Assembly: GCA_039621445.1 (NCBI GenBank) | Contig: CP154954.1 | Location: 27,516,123 to 27,580,122 of the forward strand | Length of the DNA stretch: 64,000 bases | Direction of reading: 5' to 3' | Source: Euglena gracilis | Lineage: Eukaryota | Part shown: in pieces, positions 25,001 to 35,995 of the stretch | Layout of the letters: each line of letters opens with the position of its first letter | Numbering within the stretch: the first letter of the stretch is position 1 | Program-made: the position numbers and the translations under genes | The notes under the pieces: model-generated | Databases searched by the model: none | Seen by the model: only the letters and a program-made list of their open reading frames with translations | Told to the model about the DNA's origin: nothing

Positions 25001-28000
25001 GGCTTTATTGGAACGCGGCTTCCATTCCAACGACAAACAATCAAAGGCCCTTCAGGGCATTTAATCAGGGGCTGCTTGGATCTGGGTGTCGGGCCAAAAT
25101 CAGCCAAAGGTTTATTTGCGGGGTGCTTGGAACGACGAGCTGCGGAATCGATCGGCTGGTGCTGTGAGAAGGATGGCAGCACAACCCACCTCTCACCGCC
25201 CCACATTTCTTGTTTTCCGGCCAACACTCCGGTAAAGCCCATTCCGCTGGACAGGTTCCTGCCCAGTGTGTATTTCTGTGGTATCATTGGGAGGGGTTGA
25301 AGGGGAACGAACGCCCCCTGCCCTTCCCAGGGCGAGCGTCCTCCCCCTCGCGGGGGCCGAGCAGTGACGGGCCGTGCCGGAACTGCGGCAGCATCGACCA
25401 CGGCCTGCGCGACCAGGGCCGGACGGGAATCCCCAAAACCCGCTGCGGGCGGTTGGTTGAGTGGGGCATCTCTTTTTTCCAGGGGGCCGCCTTTTTTTGG
25501 GGCAAGTTTTCCTTCGGCGCAAAGGCACTTTCCCTTGCGCAGTGCCATCCTGACTCCCGGGGGGGGGGGTCACCCCCAGGGCTGTACCGGAATCCCCGCA
25601 ACCCCATGGGTGGTGGGTGGGGGGTCCGACCAGCCCCCCCCCCCGGCCTTCCTGTACAGCCTGGTCACCTCCCCCACCAGACTTCAACTGCCGCCCTGTG
25701 GGAGACTGCCCCCGGGAGATCTTCTGCACGCGCTGCCGGCGGACCGGGCACACCCGCCACGTGTGCAAGGAGCCGCTGGAGAGCGACGGTGTGCCCCGCG
25801 AGCCGCACGGCCGCCCACGGGGCATGGCTGGAGCATTTTTTTTTCAGTTTTAGTTTTAGGGTGGCCCTCCTCAAATAAACCCCCCGGTATCATATTTCGT
25901 GGGATTTCAACACCCTGAGGGGGGCTTTATATTTGGGGTATTTTATGTTTGGGCAGGAAAATCAAACTTCGTGACCGAAGCGTGCGTGCAATTTCGCACC
26001 CCATTTTGATCAAATTTCATTTAGGCGGCCGGATTTGCACTTAAGCTTTTTATGTTGATTTGCGCACTTGCGCAAATGCACAATTTTTTTGATTCTCTTT
26101 TGATTTGGCTGTATGACCCCGGGGGGTTTGAAAACACGTTGACAAGAGAGTGCAAAAAATGAGCGAAATTCTGATTTTGGCGGTGTGACCCCTGGGACTT
26201 TGGCAAAAAATGGTGTTTTGGGGGTGTCTGAAAATGGACTTTGTACGTTGAAACCTCCGGGACCTTGCCGGCCAAAAGGGAAAAAAAACGCAAAAAACCA
26301 GCACAGGAACGGGACCTTTACTGCCCTTGTTTCTCCTTTCGGCTGTGTCCCCGGGTGTACCCGAACTGCCGGCGGTGTGCGTCCTGGGTGTTTGCCGGAC
26401 TGCGTTGCTTGCAGCGCCTTGTTGTGGTGTTTTTGGCGTGTTTGTTAAAGCGCGGGGAGGAAGTGACGGCGGGTGTGGGTGTGGTGTGATCAAGCGGGAA
26501 GGAGGGACGCAGTGAGAGGAAGGCAGGTGCGGGTTGTTGGGCAAGGGAAGCACAGAGGGGAAGAAATTGGGTCCGCAGGGAATGAAGGGGGACAGGTGTC
26601 CCCAACCCGGCTTATACCCGGGATCCGCACAACCAGTTTTGTGGCTGAGAACCCAGCAGAAGAAGCCCAACACTGGAAGGACAAAATTGTGTTTATTTGC
26701 GCAAATGCGCGCACCAACATGTTTATGTTTATTTGTGCAATTGCGCAAATAAACATAAACGTGTCCTTCAAGGATTAGGCTTTAGTACCCATGAACCGAC
26801 GCCGTCGAAAAGCGGCGTGACAAAGGAACCGTGAGTGCGCAGACCACCGGGCCGTCCAGTTGGTGGGTTTGTCACACTGTTTGTCGACGGCGCAAGCTAA
26901 TGGGCGCAAATGCGCGCACAAACAAAAATTATGTTTGTACACACATTTGCACAAATGCGCACATAAACATGTTCTTTGTTTATTTGCGCAAATGCGCAAT
27001 TAACAAAGAAGAACGGTGTGACGGAAACACAACTGTCAAACACCAGTCTCACCCTCTGCCCTCTTCGCGTCACTTGGTAAGTGACATGCACACCAAACTA
27101 CTCCCCTCCAACACAGGGTTGAAATAGTTCATAAATTCCGTGGGCCAGGGCACAGGGTCCAGGAATTTCGTAAAATTTGCGCATTTGCGCAAATGCACAA
27201 ATTCTGAAGAAAAACCCTTAAGTTCGAATCCGGCCGCCTAAGTTTCACCATTTTTTTTGTGCTGAAATACAGCTTATGACCATTTTTTGGAAAAAGTGTC
27301 AAAATTGTGGCCGAATGCTGTCACAAAATGATGAAATTATTGGATTTTTCCGTCCGGGGGTTTTACATTTGGGTGGAATTTCAAGGCCCCAGAGGGGGTT
27401 ATATTTGGGGGGGGGTTATCCAGGTTTGCTTGTGAGGCCCAGTTCCAGGTGGGGGACCACTATGGGGGGGGTCAGCCAGCAGCCTTTTCCCAGCCGTCTC
27501 AAAATTTCTATCCTCTGAGTTGAACCCGTCCGAGTGGGTCGTTAAGGGATTCCCTGGTCCCCACCCTCCCCTCCTTCCACACAGAGTCGCCCTTCGGGGG
27601 CTCAGGCGCCAAGCGCAGCGCCTCCCAGAGCACCCCCTTCGACCACGTCTCCGGCGACACGTTCGGGCGGCCAAAGGGGGAGGGCGGCGAGGCCGGGGAG
27701 CGGCGGGCGGACGGCCCCAGCAACGCGGCCGCCTCCGCACAGAGCCCGCCATCCGACGCCTTTAGGGTCAGCGGTGGTGGGGGTCTGGGGTCGGCGCTGC
27801 CGCCAGATACACAACACCCGGTGCATGGGTGCACGGGTGTCTAGATGTATGGGCGTATGGGGTCTCCGACCTGGAGCTGGGAGTGGGGGCTGTGGGCTCA
27901 TTCACACAGACAATTCTCTCTCCACTTTGCACGGTTGTGTCCGTCGGACCCCCCATGTGGCATGCCGTGCTGTGCCGTTGGCATGGGCCGGGGACCCCCC

Positions 28001-30286
28001 CCCCCGCAAATGGCGGCCCTGCGCCCCCGCCATGCCGTTTGGGCCTTCGGCGCAGTCCACGGATGCGACTGCCACCGCGGGCACCGCCGCACCGTTCGGC
28101 TCCAACATCGTGATGCCCGCCCCAGGGTGGCCCGGCATTTCTCAGATTGCACACTTAAGCTATTTTTTGGTCGATTTGCGCATTTTCGCAAACCGACCAA
28201 AAACCATTTTGAGCGTCGGCGTTACAAGGGGTGAGAGCGAGAGGGAGCAGGGTTGGACAAAATATGAGCGGATTGTCATTTTTGGCCCTGGCTCTCCCGG
28301 GAATTACGTGTTTTATTGCTGTTTTTTTTGGGGGGGGGTCGGAATTACACAAAAACCCCCGGACCTATCCCCCAAAGTGAAAAAAACACTGACAAAAGCA
28401 CCAACACCCCGGTACCGCCTCCCCCCATTCCCTGTGTGACAACTGCCAGCGCGAGGTGGTGCTCTGGAGGTGGGTTGCAGGTCCACCCCTTTGTGCTTTT
28501 TTAAGTCAGTTTTGCTGCACATTGTGGAGATTTTGGAAGTTGGTTACGAAAGGAGTGGGAGTCCACATGCCACATAAACAATGTATTTGGAGCTGGAAAA
28601 TGAGTGTGGCAACACTGTGGTATTACCCCCTTTGTATTTCTGTGATTCTGGACCCCTGTTGAATGCTGGTATATTTGGGCAGTTGGTGTGTGCAATTGCG
28701 CACATTAACCATTTAAATGGTTGTTTTTCACAATTGTGGGCACCAACCAAAACTATTTTTTTCATTTTGAGGCCTTGGCAACAGGGCTTTCTGAGACAAG
28801 AAAATAATCGAAACAGGAGGAGAGCAGATTGTTGAGGTGTTGTGCTCAAAGTGGTGGTGTTGTAAGGTGTGTCTGAGAAGATCAAATAAAGTGTGTGAGT
28901 GTGTTGCATTTTTGGGCCCCTTGAACACAGGGATTTCCAAGTCAGCAGACACATCTATCTTCAGCCAATAAATTGTGCCTCGTTTTTGGACTAAATACTG
29001 GGGGTGAAGGGCACTTCTAAACTTAGCTTTTCCTGATAAAACCTGAAAACGTTCTTTCCTTTGAGGTTTCAGGGGCTAAGAAATAGTTTTTCGCAGTTTC
29101 AATTGCCAATGCCCAAATTCGGGCCCGCAGGCTGTCCTTTAGTTGTGTTTATCTCGCACTTAAGGATTTCCAAACTGCAGTGGTGCCACGCCCTCTAAAT
29201 GGCATGTGTATTAATTTTCACAAGTGGTTGTTGCGCGCAGATGCGCAAACCGACCAGAAGCTCTGCTTTTGCATTTGCACAAACCAACCATTTGTACAAT
29301 TTTGTAAACATAGCACACATTGGCACACATTGCGCTTTTCACAGTTGCGCAAACGGTTGGTGTGCGCATTTGCACACACCGTCCACCACTATCTCACAGC
29401 CAAGTTTCAGGGTATTCCTTCAGGCTTAGGCACACCTCACCAAATCGTTCAGTCAATATCCTAAGTTACATGAGACAGCCATCTCACCTGCTGGGCGTTG
29501 TGTATACCATATGCTGTGTTGGCACCTGCTCTCAGGCACCCTATTTGCCAAAGTCCCTGCTTCCACTTCCGCGTTCTGGGGCACCACATCACATCCTGCT
29601 ACATTTTTGGGTTTTTGACGGGTCATATCTTGTCGTTTTCGTAAAAAAAAATGTCGATGTGCACATTTGTGCACATCGACAAAGAAAATAAGCTGAAGTG
29701 CGAGATGTGCCGCCTAAGCATTTGGACCCGGGGGGAGGGCATGTGGCACCAACCAAAGATGATGCGCGCGCGCACACAACGCGTGTGTACACAAGGGATC
29801 CTTTTTATTTCGGGACCCCGCAGACAGTTGCACGGAACCAGCAAGCGATGGCCGGTTTCCCCCCAGGACCCCAAGACCCCACCCCGCTGGGCCCATCCTT
29901 CATCGTCACCCGAGGGAGTTCGCCAGCATCCCCAAAGGGTCGCTTCGAGGCTGCTCACAAGCATTCCTCAACGGTAGCCGGAGGCCGCCCCCCCCCGCCC
30001 CGCCGGCAAAAGGATGGCACGGGCCCCGGCCGCCGTGGGCCCCACCCTCTTCCCGTTCGGCAACAAGACCGCCAACGACACGTTCTCCTTCGGCCTCACC
30101 GACCCGGACCAGCGGCCGGAGCCCGCCGAGGCCGAGCCCAGCCCCGCCCGGCCGGAGCCGGCGCCGGAGGGCCCGGGGGCGGCGGGGGCGGCGGCGGACG
30201 GGGAGGCGGCGCGGCCGCGGGGGGAGGGCGTGGACCTGGACGCAGAGCTGGCGAGGTTCAAGGCGGTGTGGAACGCGGCCCCCTGA
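11934..30286 (+). CDS. Multi-exon host gene: N-terminal U1/zf-met-like C2H2 finger, Gln-rich region, several CCHC zinc knuckles (probable RNA-binding protein)
   Basis: MQAYSCQPCNVAFATEQ|GWQQHLLSAQH across GT-AG intron 11986-12926; polyQ exon ~13640-13783; CRNCGEKGHGLRDC (~24025), CRNCGSIDHGLR|DC and CTRCRRTGHTRHVC (25375-25770); terminal exon ...DAELARFKAVWNAAP* at 30286. That all exons belong to one gene is an inference. Confidence 0.65.
17095..17294. mobile_element. 200-bp MITE nested in a transposase exon
   Basis: TIR CATAGATTCA/TGAATCTATG; perfect 8-bp TSD gtcgcaac; removing it plus one TSD restores ...TVDVSQPASQVST. Confidence 0.9.
17994..18397. mobile_element. 404-bp MITE nested in a transposase exon
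   Basis: TIR CATACATCTCTCTAAGG/CCTTAAAGAGATGTATG; perfect 8-bp TSD tttcggac; removing it plus one TSD restores VYLQCFGPNDGAEHREV. Confidence 0.9.
21810..22072. repeat. (ATAC)n microsatellite
   Basis: Direct reading. Confidence 0.95.
25411..25703 (+). other. Non-conventional intron splitting a CCHC knuckle
   Basis: gacCAGGGC ... GCCCTGtggga; removal completes C-x2-C-x4-H-x4-C (CRNCGSIDHGLR|DC), parallel to the unsplit CRNCGEKGHGLRDC upstream. Confidence 0.85.
26024..27238. mobile_element. Non-autonomous TA-flanked TIR element (short member of the 33571-49968 family), apparently nested in an older repeat (~25877-27420)
   Basis: tTA|GGCGGCCGGATTTGCACTTAAG ... CTTAAGTTCGAATCCGGCCGCC|TAa; many TTGCGCAA palindromes. 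A degenerate third copy ends at ~29714. Confidence 0.8.
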
Positions 30287-30341
30287 CGGCCTGTCCGGTG
30301 GTCCGCCTCCAATCTGGATGGAACCCCCAAACACTTTGGAC

Positions 30342-30808
30342 CAGGGGTTTTCTTAAGCTGGAGGGTACCCCTCGGGGGGGGGTCCAGCCAGCCAGCAGCT
30401 CAAATCCAGCCAGCAGCCCAAATTCGGGCTGGGAGCCCGGGTCGAGTGAAATAAAGTCGGGTCCAGCCCGCCCGGAGGCCGGGCCAGCCGGCCGCAGGCC
30501 GGCCAGCAAACTGGGCTGCCCAGCTCACCTATGCCTGCATTTTTTCCCCTCACCACAGCTTCCCAATCACAGCCCCCCAGCCTTGACCTAGCTCCATCCA
30601 TCAAAATGTCGAAAATGGCAAAAATGCTTTAGAAAATTTTGGTTTTCATCGACCCAGCCCAGCCCAGCCCAGCCCCAACCCCAGACCCCCCCCTCCCCCC
30701 CCCCTATATCCCCGGGGGGGTGGTCCAGCCAGCAGCTCATTTCCAGCCAGCAGCCTTTTTGCCAGCCGGAGACTGGACCCCCCCGGGGGGTCTTTAAGAA
30801 AACCCCTT
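30342..30808. mobile_element. hAT-type MITE just downstream of the zinc-finger gene stop
   Basis: TIR CAGGGGTTTTCTTAA/TTAAGAAAACCCCTT; perfect 8-bp TSD ctttggac; internal CAGCCAGCAGC motifs shared with the 17994 element. Confidence 0.85.
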
Positions 30809-31752
30809 CTTTGGACGCTCTCCCACCAGTGGGAGCAAATGTTTTATCCCCCAAACAGGCAGGCCCTCCCCCCTGCTCTTGGGTGGGGTCCACCATCGTG
30901 GCTTCCGAGGCGGGACGCCGGCACTGTTGCTCCTTCTGTGTGTGTCTCACTTGTACTATTCGGTCCCCTTCGCCGCCCATGCCCACCTGTCGCGTTTCAT
31001 TCATAGCGTCAAACGGCCAGTGGGCTTGTCCCCTGAACCACTCGCATCCACTGCTCTGGGACCCCCTGGGTCCCAGAGCCGTCAGAGAGTGTCAGAGAGT
31101 GGGACGGGGTCGGTGGATTTTTGGACTGGTTCCAATCTGGCCCAGTGGTTGGTTTGATGGCTGAACTCTGGATCCGCGCAGTTGGCCGCCGCCCAAAAAC
31201 AAGCCCTTTACCCATGTCCCTGTCTCTACTGCATTGATGGCGCATTCCACAATTAATGAAAAATGGTTTGAGATGCACAAATGCATTTGACGGAAGTCCG
31301 CTTGGTGACTGAACTGCCTGTCATCCACCCGCCCGAGCGCCTGCACTTCTTTCTTCAGTATGCCTGCGACGCCCGAACCCGAACTCTCTGTCCAGTTCAC
31401 AGCACATTCGCCCCTCCACTCGCACTCCGCCACCCCTCGCCAACAGACACGAGGCAACGGACACGGCGCCACCTCGATTTCACAGCACAACCGGGGGATT
31501 GCCAAGGGGGGTTGCATTGTGGTCTCTCAAGAAGGGCAGGGAGAGAGATGGCTTCCCAACCCTCCCAGATAATTGCGTAATTGGATGGTACAGGCAACTC
31601 ATATATCTGGTTTTGTGGTTGAGTTCCCTCAGCAGAATAGCAAATTGTTTCAATGTGAATTTGCCAATGAAGTTGTAGTTCAAGCTCAGAGGTGCTGGGA
31701 GGGCGGTCATGCATACAGCCCCTTGACACTCTTGTGTTTATTCTGTCTTCTC

Positions 31753-32272
31753 CAGGGGGGGGGGAATAATTGATATCCGCAATTTTTCCGCAATTTCCGC
31801 AATTTTCCACAATTTCCGCAATTTTCCGCAATTTTCCGCAATTTTTCCGCAATTTCCGAAATTTTTCCGCAATTTTTCACCATTTTTTTGAAGAATTTTT
31901 TTCTCCACCACCGAAGATGGAAGATGCAATGAGTTCAATCCATTCTTCAAATGGATCAACAGGTGTGCTATTGTGTTTTGTTGTTCCCCCCCCAGTTTAC
32001 CAATTTTTCTCACAGGTGCACCACTGGTCACAGGATTGGGTGCGTCCCACCTGTGCAAAGAACATCAAGCGTTTTGATTTGTGCTCGCCTGCATCGACGT
32101 GGGTGTTGCGGTGTTCTGAACCTCACAATTGAAAATTTTCTAAGTCCCCCCAAGCAGAAATGTGTATACCCGATATCAATTTTTCCGCAATTTTTTCCGC
32201 AATTTCCGCAATTTTTCCGCAATTTTTCCGCAATTTTTCCGAAGGCCTCCGATATCAATTATTCCCCCCCTG
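31753..32272. mobile_element. MITE with 6-bp TSD
   Basis: TIR CAGGGGGGGGGAATAATTGATATC/GATATCAATTATTCCCCCCCTG; cttctc on both sides; subterminal CCGCAATTT repeats. Confidence 0.85.
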
Positions 32273-33039
32273 CTTCTCAAATTTTGGATTTATGGATTTA
32301 TTCTCCAGATAAAAAGCCAGGGTGAGCAGGAAACCTGGCTATCTACCTGGGGTGGGGGACGGCGAGCGCTGCCCACCACCTTTTTCTATTTTCAACATGT
32401 ATTATTTTCCAGCTGAAATTCTCCTGTGGTGAACCCTCCTTTTGCGTGGGGGGCACCACGTTTTAGATCCAGCGCAATACCAGCCAAGGGACCAGTTGCC
32501 AGGTCTCTCTCTCCGTCTGGTCTTTCCGACTCTGCGCCCATACCCCTGGACACCACAGACTTTTACAGGGGGGCATACAATGCAGGGGGGGGGGCTGGGG
32601 TCAACCCCACTCGGGAATGGGAGGCAGCCAAACAAACAAATGTGGATAACGTTTTGCTATCAAAGCCATATCTCTGTTTCTTTGACCAGGAACCTTTACT
32701 ACCCAACTGTTTTTGTTACATTCCAAAAGTGTTACCCCTGTGGCACATTTGGAGGCAACGAGAATGAGAATCGAGGCTCCCGGGACAGCCTGCCATGGGT
32801 CGAAACGGGACGACGGTTTGGTTTGCCTTCGGAACGGAAAGCGCCCACCCACCCAATTGGCTGGCCTGCCCCGGGTATGGTCCTGGCACCACTGCATCCT
32901 CAGATATCCCTATTTTTGGCGGTGGCCCCGATTCCGTTGCCTGGACTGCCCCAACCAACGTTGACGGTCTGCTCTGCGCCGCCAGGGGGGTCGGAGCTCT
33001 TCCCCCGCCCCATGTTGCCCCACACCCTCTTCCCGGGGT

Positions 33040-35943
33040 GATGGCCGCGCCGCCGGGTTCTCTGGACGCCTTCCGGCAGGACCTCTTCGCGTTGCGGCGG
33101 CCGGATCCATGTGAGACTGGCCAGGCAGTTGGTCTCCCGGTGTCAATTGGATGCGATTCGGTTTCGTGCTCCCGTTCAAACACTCACAAACGTTTAACGC
33201 AAACGCACACAAGCATCCATCTGCTCAATGTGCTATCAAAATATTATCCCCTTTGTCCGTTATTTTTTTTGTCTGGGGTTTGGGCGATATGTGAATGCTT
33301 TTCTACCCAAGGCTTGTCCCTTCTTTGAATGCGAATCCCCAACTTTGTTTGCCCTGATGATTTACCACATTTGGCTGATCTTTGGCCTTCCAGGAGGTTC
33401 AGCTTGCATGTTCTTTCAAATTTTTGTTCCCAGATTTGGCCCCCTGGGTTCGCAGCAAATCCTGTCATGTCCAACCCGGCCCGGCCCAAAACATGCTTAT
33501 CCCCACGCATGGGGAGGCTCAGGAAACCTCATCTTGGGCGTTTGGGAATTTGCTTTTCTGTTCCCTCTTAGGCGGCCTAATTCGCACTTAAGGATTTAAC
33601 TTTTTATTTGCGCATATGCGCAAATCCCCAGGTTTTTTGATTCCGGCGGGGAAGGTCCAGGGGGTGGAGAGACACGTCGAAAAGCAAGGGCACAAACGGA
33701 GCGATTTTTTGGTTTTGGCGGAGCAACCTCTGGGACTTTGGCCAAAAATGGTGTTTTTTTGGGTGTCCGAAGAGTTTATTTTGGGCCAAACCCCCGGGAC
33801 CCTGCCCGCCCAAACGGAAAAAAATCAAAAAAAGCACCTGGGGACCGGGACCCTGCCCGCCCCTGTGGTGACGCGGAGCCTTTTTTGGGGAAGTGAACTC
33901 GCCGGCAGTGTGTTCCCTCCCGGTGCCTCGGAGTGTGTGTGTCTACTTTTACCTTGGGGACTTGTGAACTTTTGATTGGTAAAGAAAGCAGCGGAAAGGG
34001 TGACAGGGCTTTGGGAGGGGTGCGGGTTGATGGTTCCGGTGTGCAGGGGGTAGGGGGAGGAGGGGTCCAGGGTGCAGGGGTGTGACGGTGCAGAGGGTGT
34101 GCAGGGGTGGTGTGCGGCGGGCAGGGCGGTAGGGGTGAGACGCCCGCAGGGGTTGTCAGTGGGGGCCTGGTTGCCAGTGTGTGGTGACTTGCGTGTGTGC
34201 AACCCAGGACTTTGACCTCGGTGTTTTTGTGAGGCACCAAAACATATGCTTGATGTTGATGCGCGCAATTGCGCAAATAAAACGTACGGTGGTGTGCGTG
34301 CCAGGGTGTGAGAGGGGTGCCGGTGGAAGAACCAGACGATTGAAAGAGCTGGGGACGAGCAGACCACACAGAAAACAAAAAACTGAACCAGGCAAACAAA
34401 CCCCCGGCGGGCGGTGGACACGCTGGCCGCCCGGGGCTGAACACGAGGAGGGGCCGCCCCGCATTCCGCCCGCGCGCTGGTTGTCAGTGGGGGGTGGCGC
34501 TTGGAGAAGGGGTTAGGTTTTTTTTTGTGACACGGGTGAGAGGGGCAGCACGGCACGAGAGGGGGGCTGCAGGGTCACGAGAGGGGGTGTGTCACACCAA
34601 CCCAAAAAAAAAAACAAGTCCACCCCCCGGCAGGGTAGAGGGCTTGGGGATGACGGTCAGCAGGGGGGCGGTGTACACGGACACCACGGCGGTGGGGCAC
34701 TGTCTCCCAGCTGGCAGGCAAATGACAAAACAACAAAGTGTGCGTTTTACTTGCGCAATTGCGCGCATCAACACCACTGATAAATTTTTTTGTTTGAAAC
34801 AAAAATTCTGAGAGGGGACAGACCATAGCCAAGAGGGGACTGAGAGGGGGAAACAATTGTAACAGAAACATTTGCGCAAATGCGCACATCAAATGTGTTT
34901 TGAAAATAAAAAAGAGATGATGAGTACAGAATGGAGTGGGGAAGAGAACGTTAACAAAAGGCAGGAGCTGAGACAGGCCCACAGCCAGTCTCACTTATTG
35001 TGCTTGGAGAGCCGCTTGGCCAGGCTCTCCGAGGCGGCCGCCGGCTTGGCGCCGGGCTTGGGCAGCCCGCGGCGGACGGTGCTCCGGGGCGCCGCAGGCG
35101 GGGCGGTAGGAGGCGGTGGCGGTGCCGGGGCCTCCTCCTCCTCCTCGGACTCCGCCTCCTCGGACTCCGCCTCCTGTGGCGGGGCCGGTGCTGAGGCCGC
35201 CGCTGCCTGCGACGACGCTGCCTCCGCCGCCACCCTGGCCTTGGACGCCTCGATGATGTGCTTCATCGCCGGGTACTTCTTGGGGTCGAGGAGGTGGTAC
35301 GACTTGGGGCCCTTCAGGGCCTCCCCCGGGCCTGGGGGACGGATCAGCCCCGCCGCCTTCCACCGGGTGTCCTCCTTGCCTCCTTTGCCCTTGCCCTTGT
35401 CCGTCAGCGGGGCTACCACCGCTCGACGGTGCCCTATCCTCTGTGGGATGAGGTGGTAACCACTTTGTGGTGAACGGGTGCACAGCCGGTAGCGTTGTAT
35501 CTTTACCTGTCCTGCCTGTTCCTTCTTATCCCTCCCCCTTCTCGCTCCGGAACGGCCCTTGGTGCTTGAGAAGTGTCCCAAGGTTTTGGGTGGAAAATGG
35601 AGTGTCTGGCTCTTTCCCATATTGAATCTTTTGGTTGGACACGTTGAGGAATGATTGCTGCCAATCTTTCTATGTGTGCCATACGCGGGATGTGCCTATT
35701 CTTGGCAGAACATATGAACTCCTGTAAGCCTAGTTGTGATAGCCATGTACGTATTGATTGCCAATCACAAAAACAAAACAAAACAAAAAACTTTTTTGAC
35801 AAATGATATTAACATGTCTGGTTATTGGAAAACACACACAAAAGAAACAAGCCGATAGTCCCATTGGTTATTTGTGCATGGTACGAGAAGCATGGGTTGT
35901 GACGTGTGAGTGTGTGTGTGCGCATGTATGTGTACTATTTTAT

Positions 35944-35995
<52 letters not shown>

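Noticed and set aside
35574-35660. Ingi/L1Tc-type 5' HDV-like ribozyme
   Set aside because: No nested double pseudoknot recognisable by eye; would need a covariance-model search.
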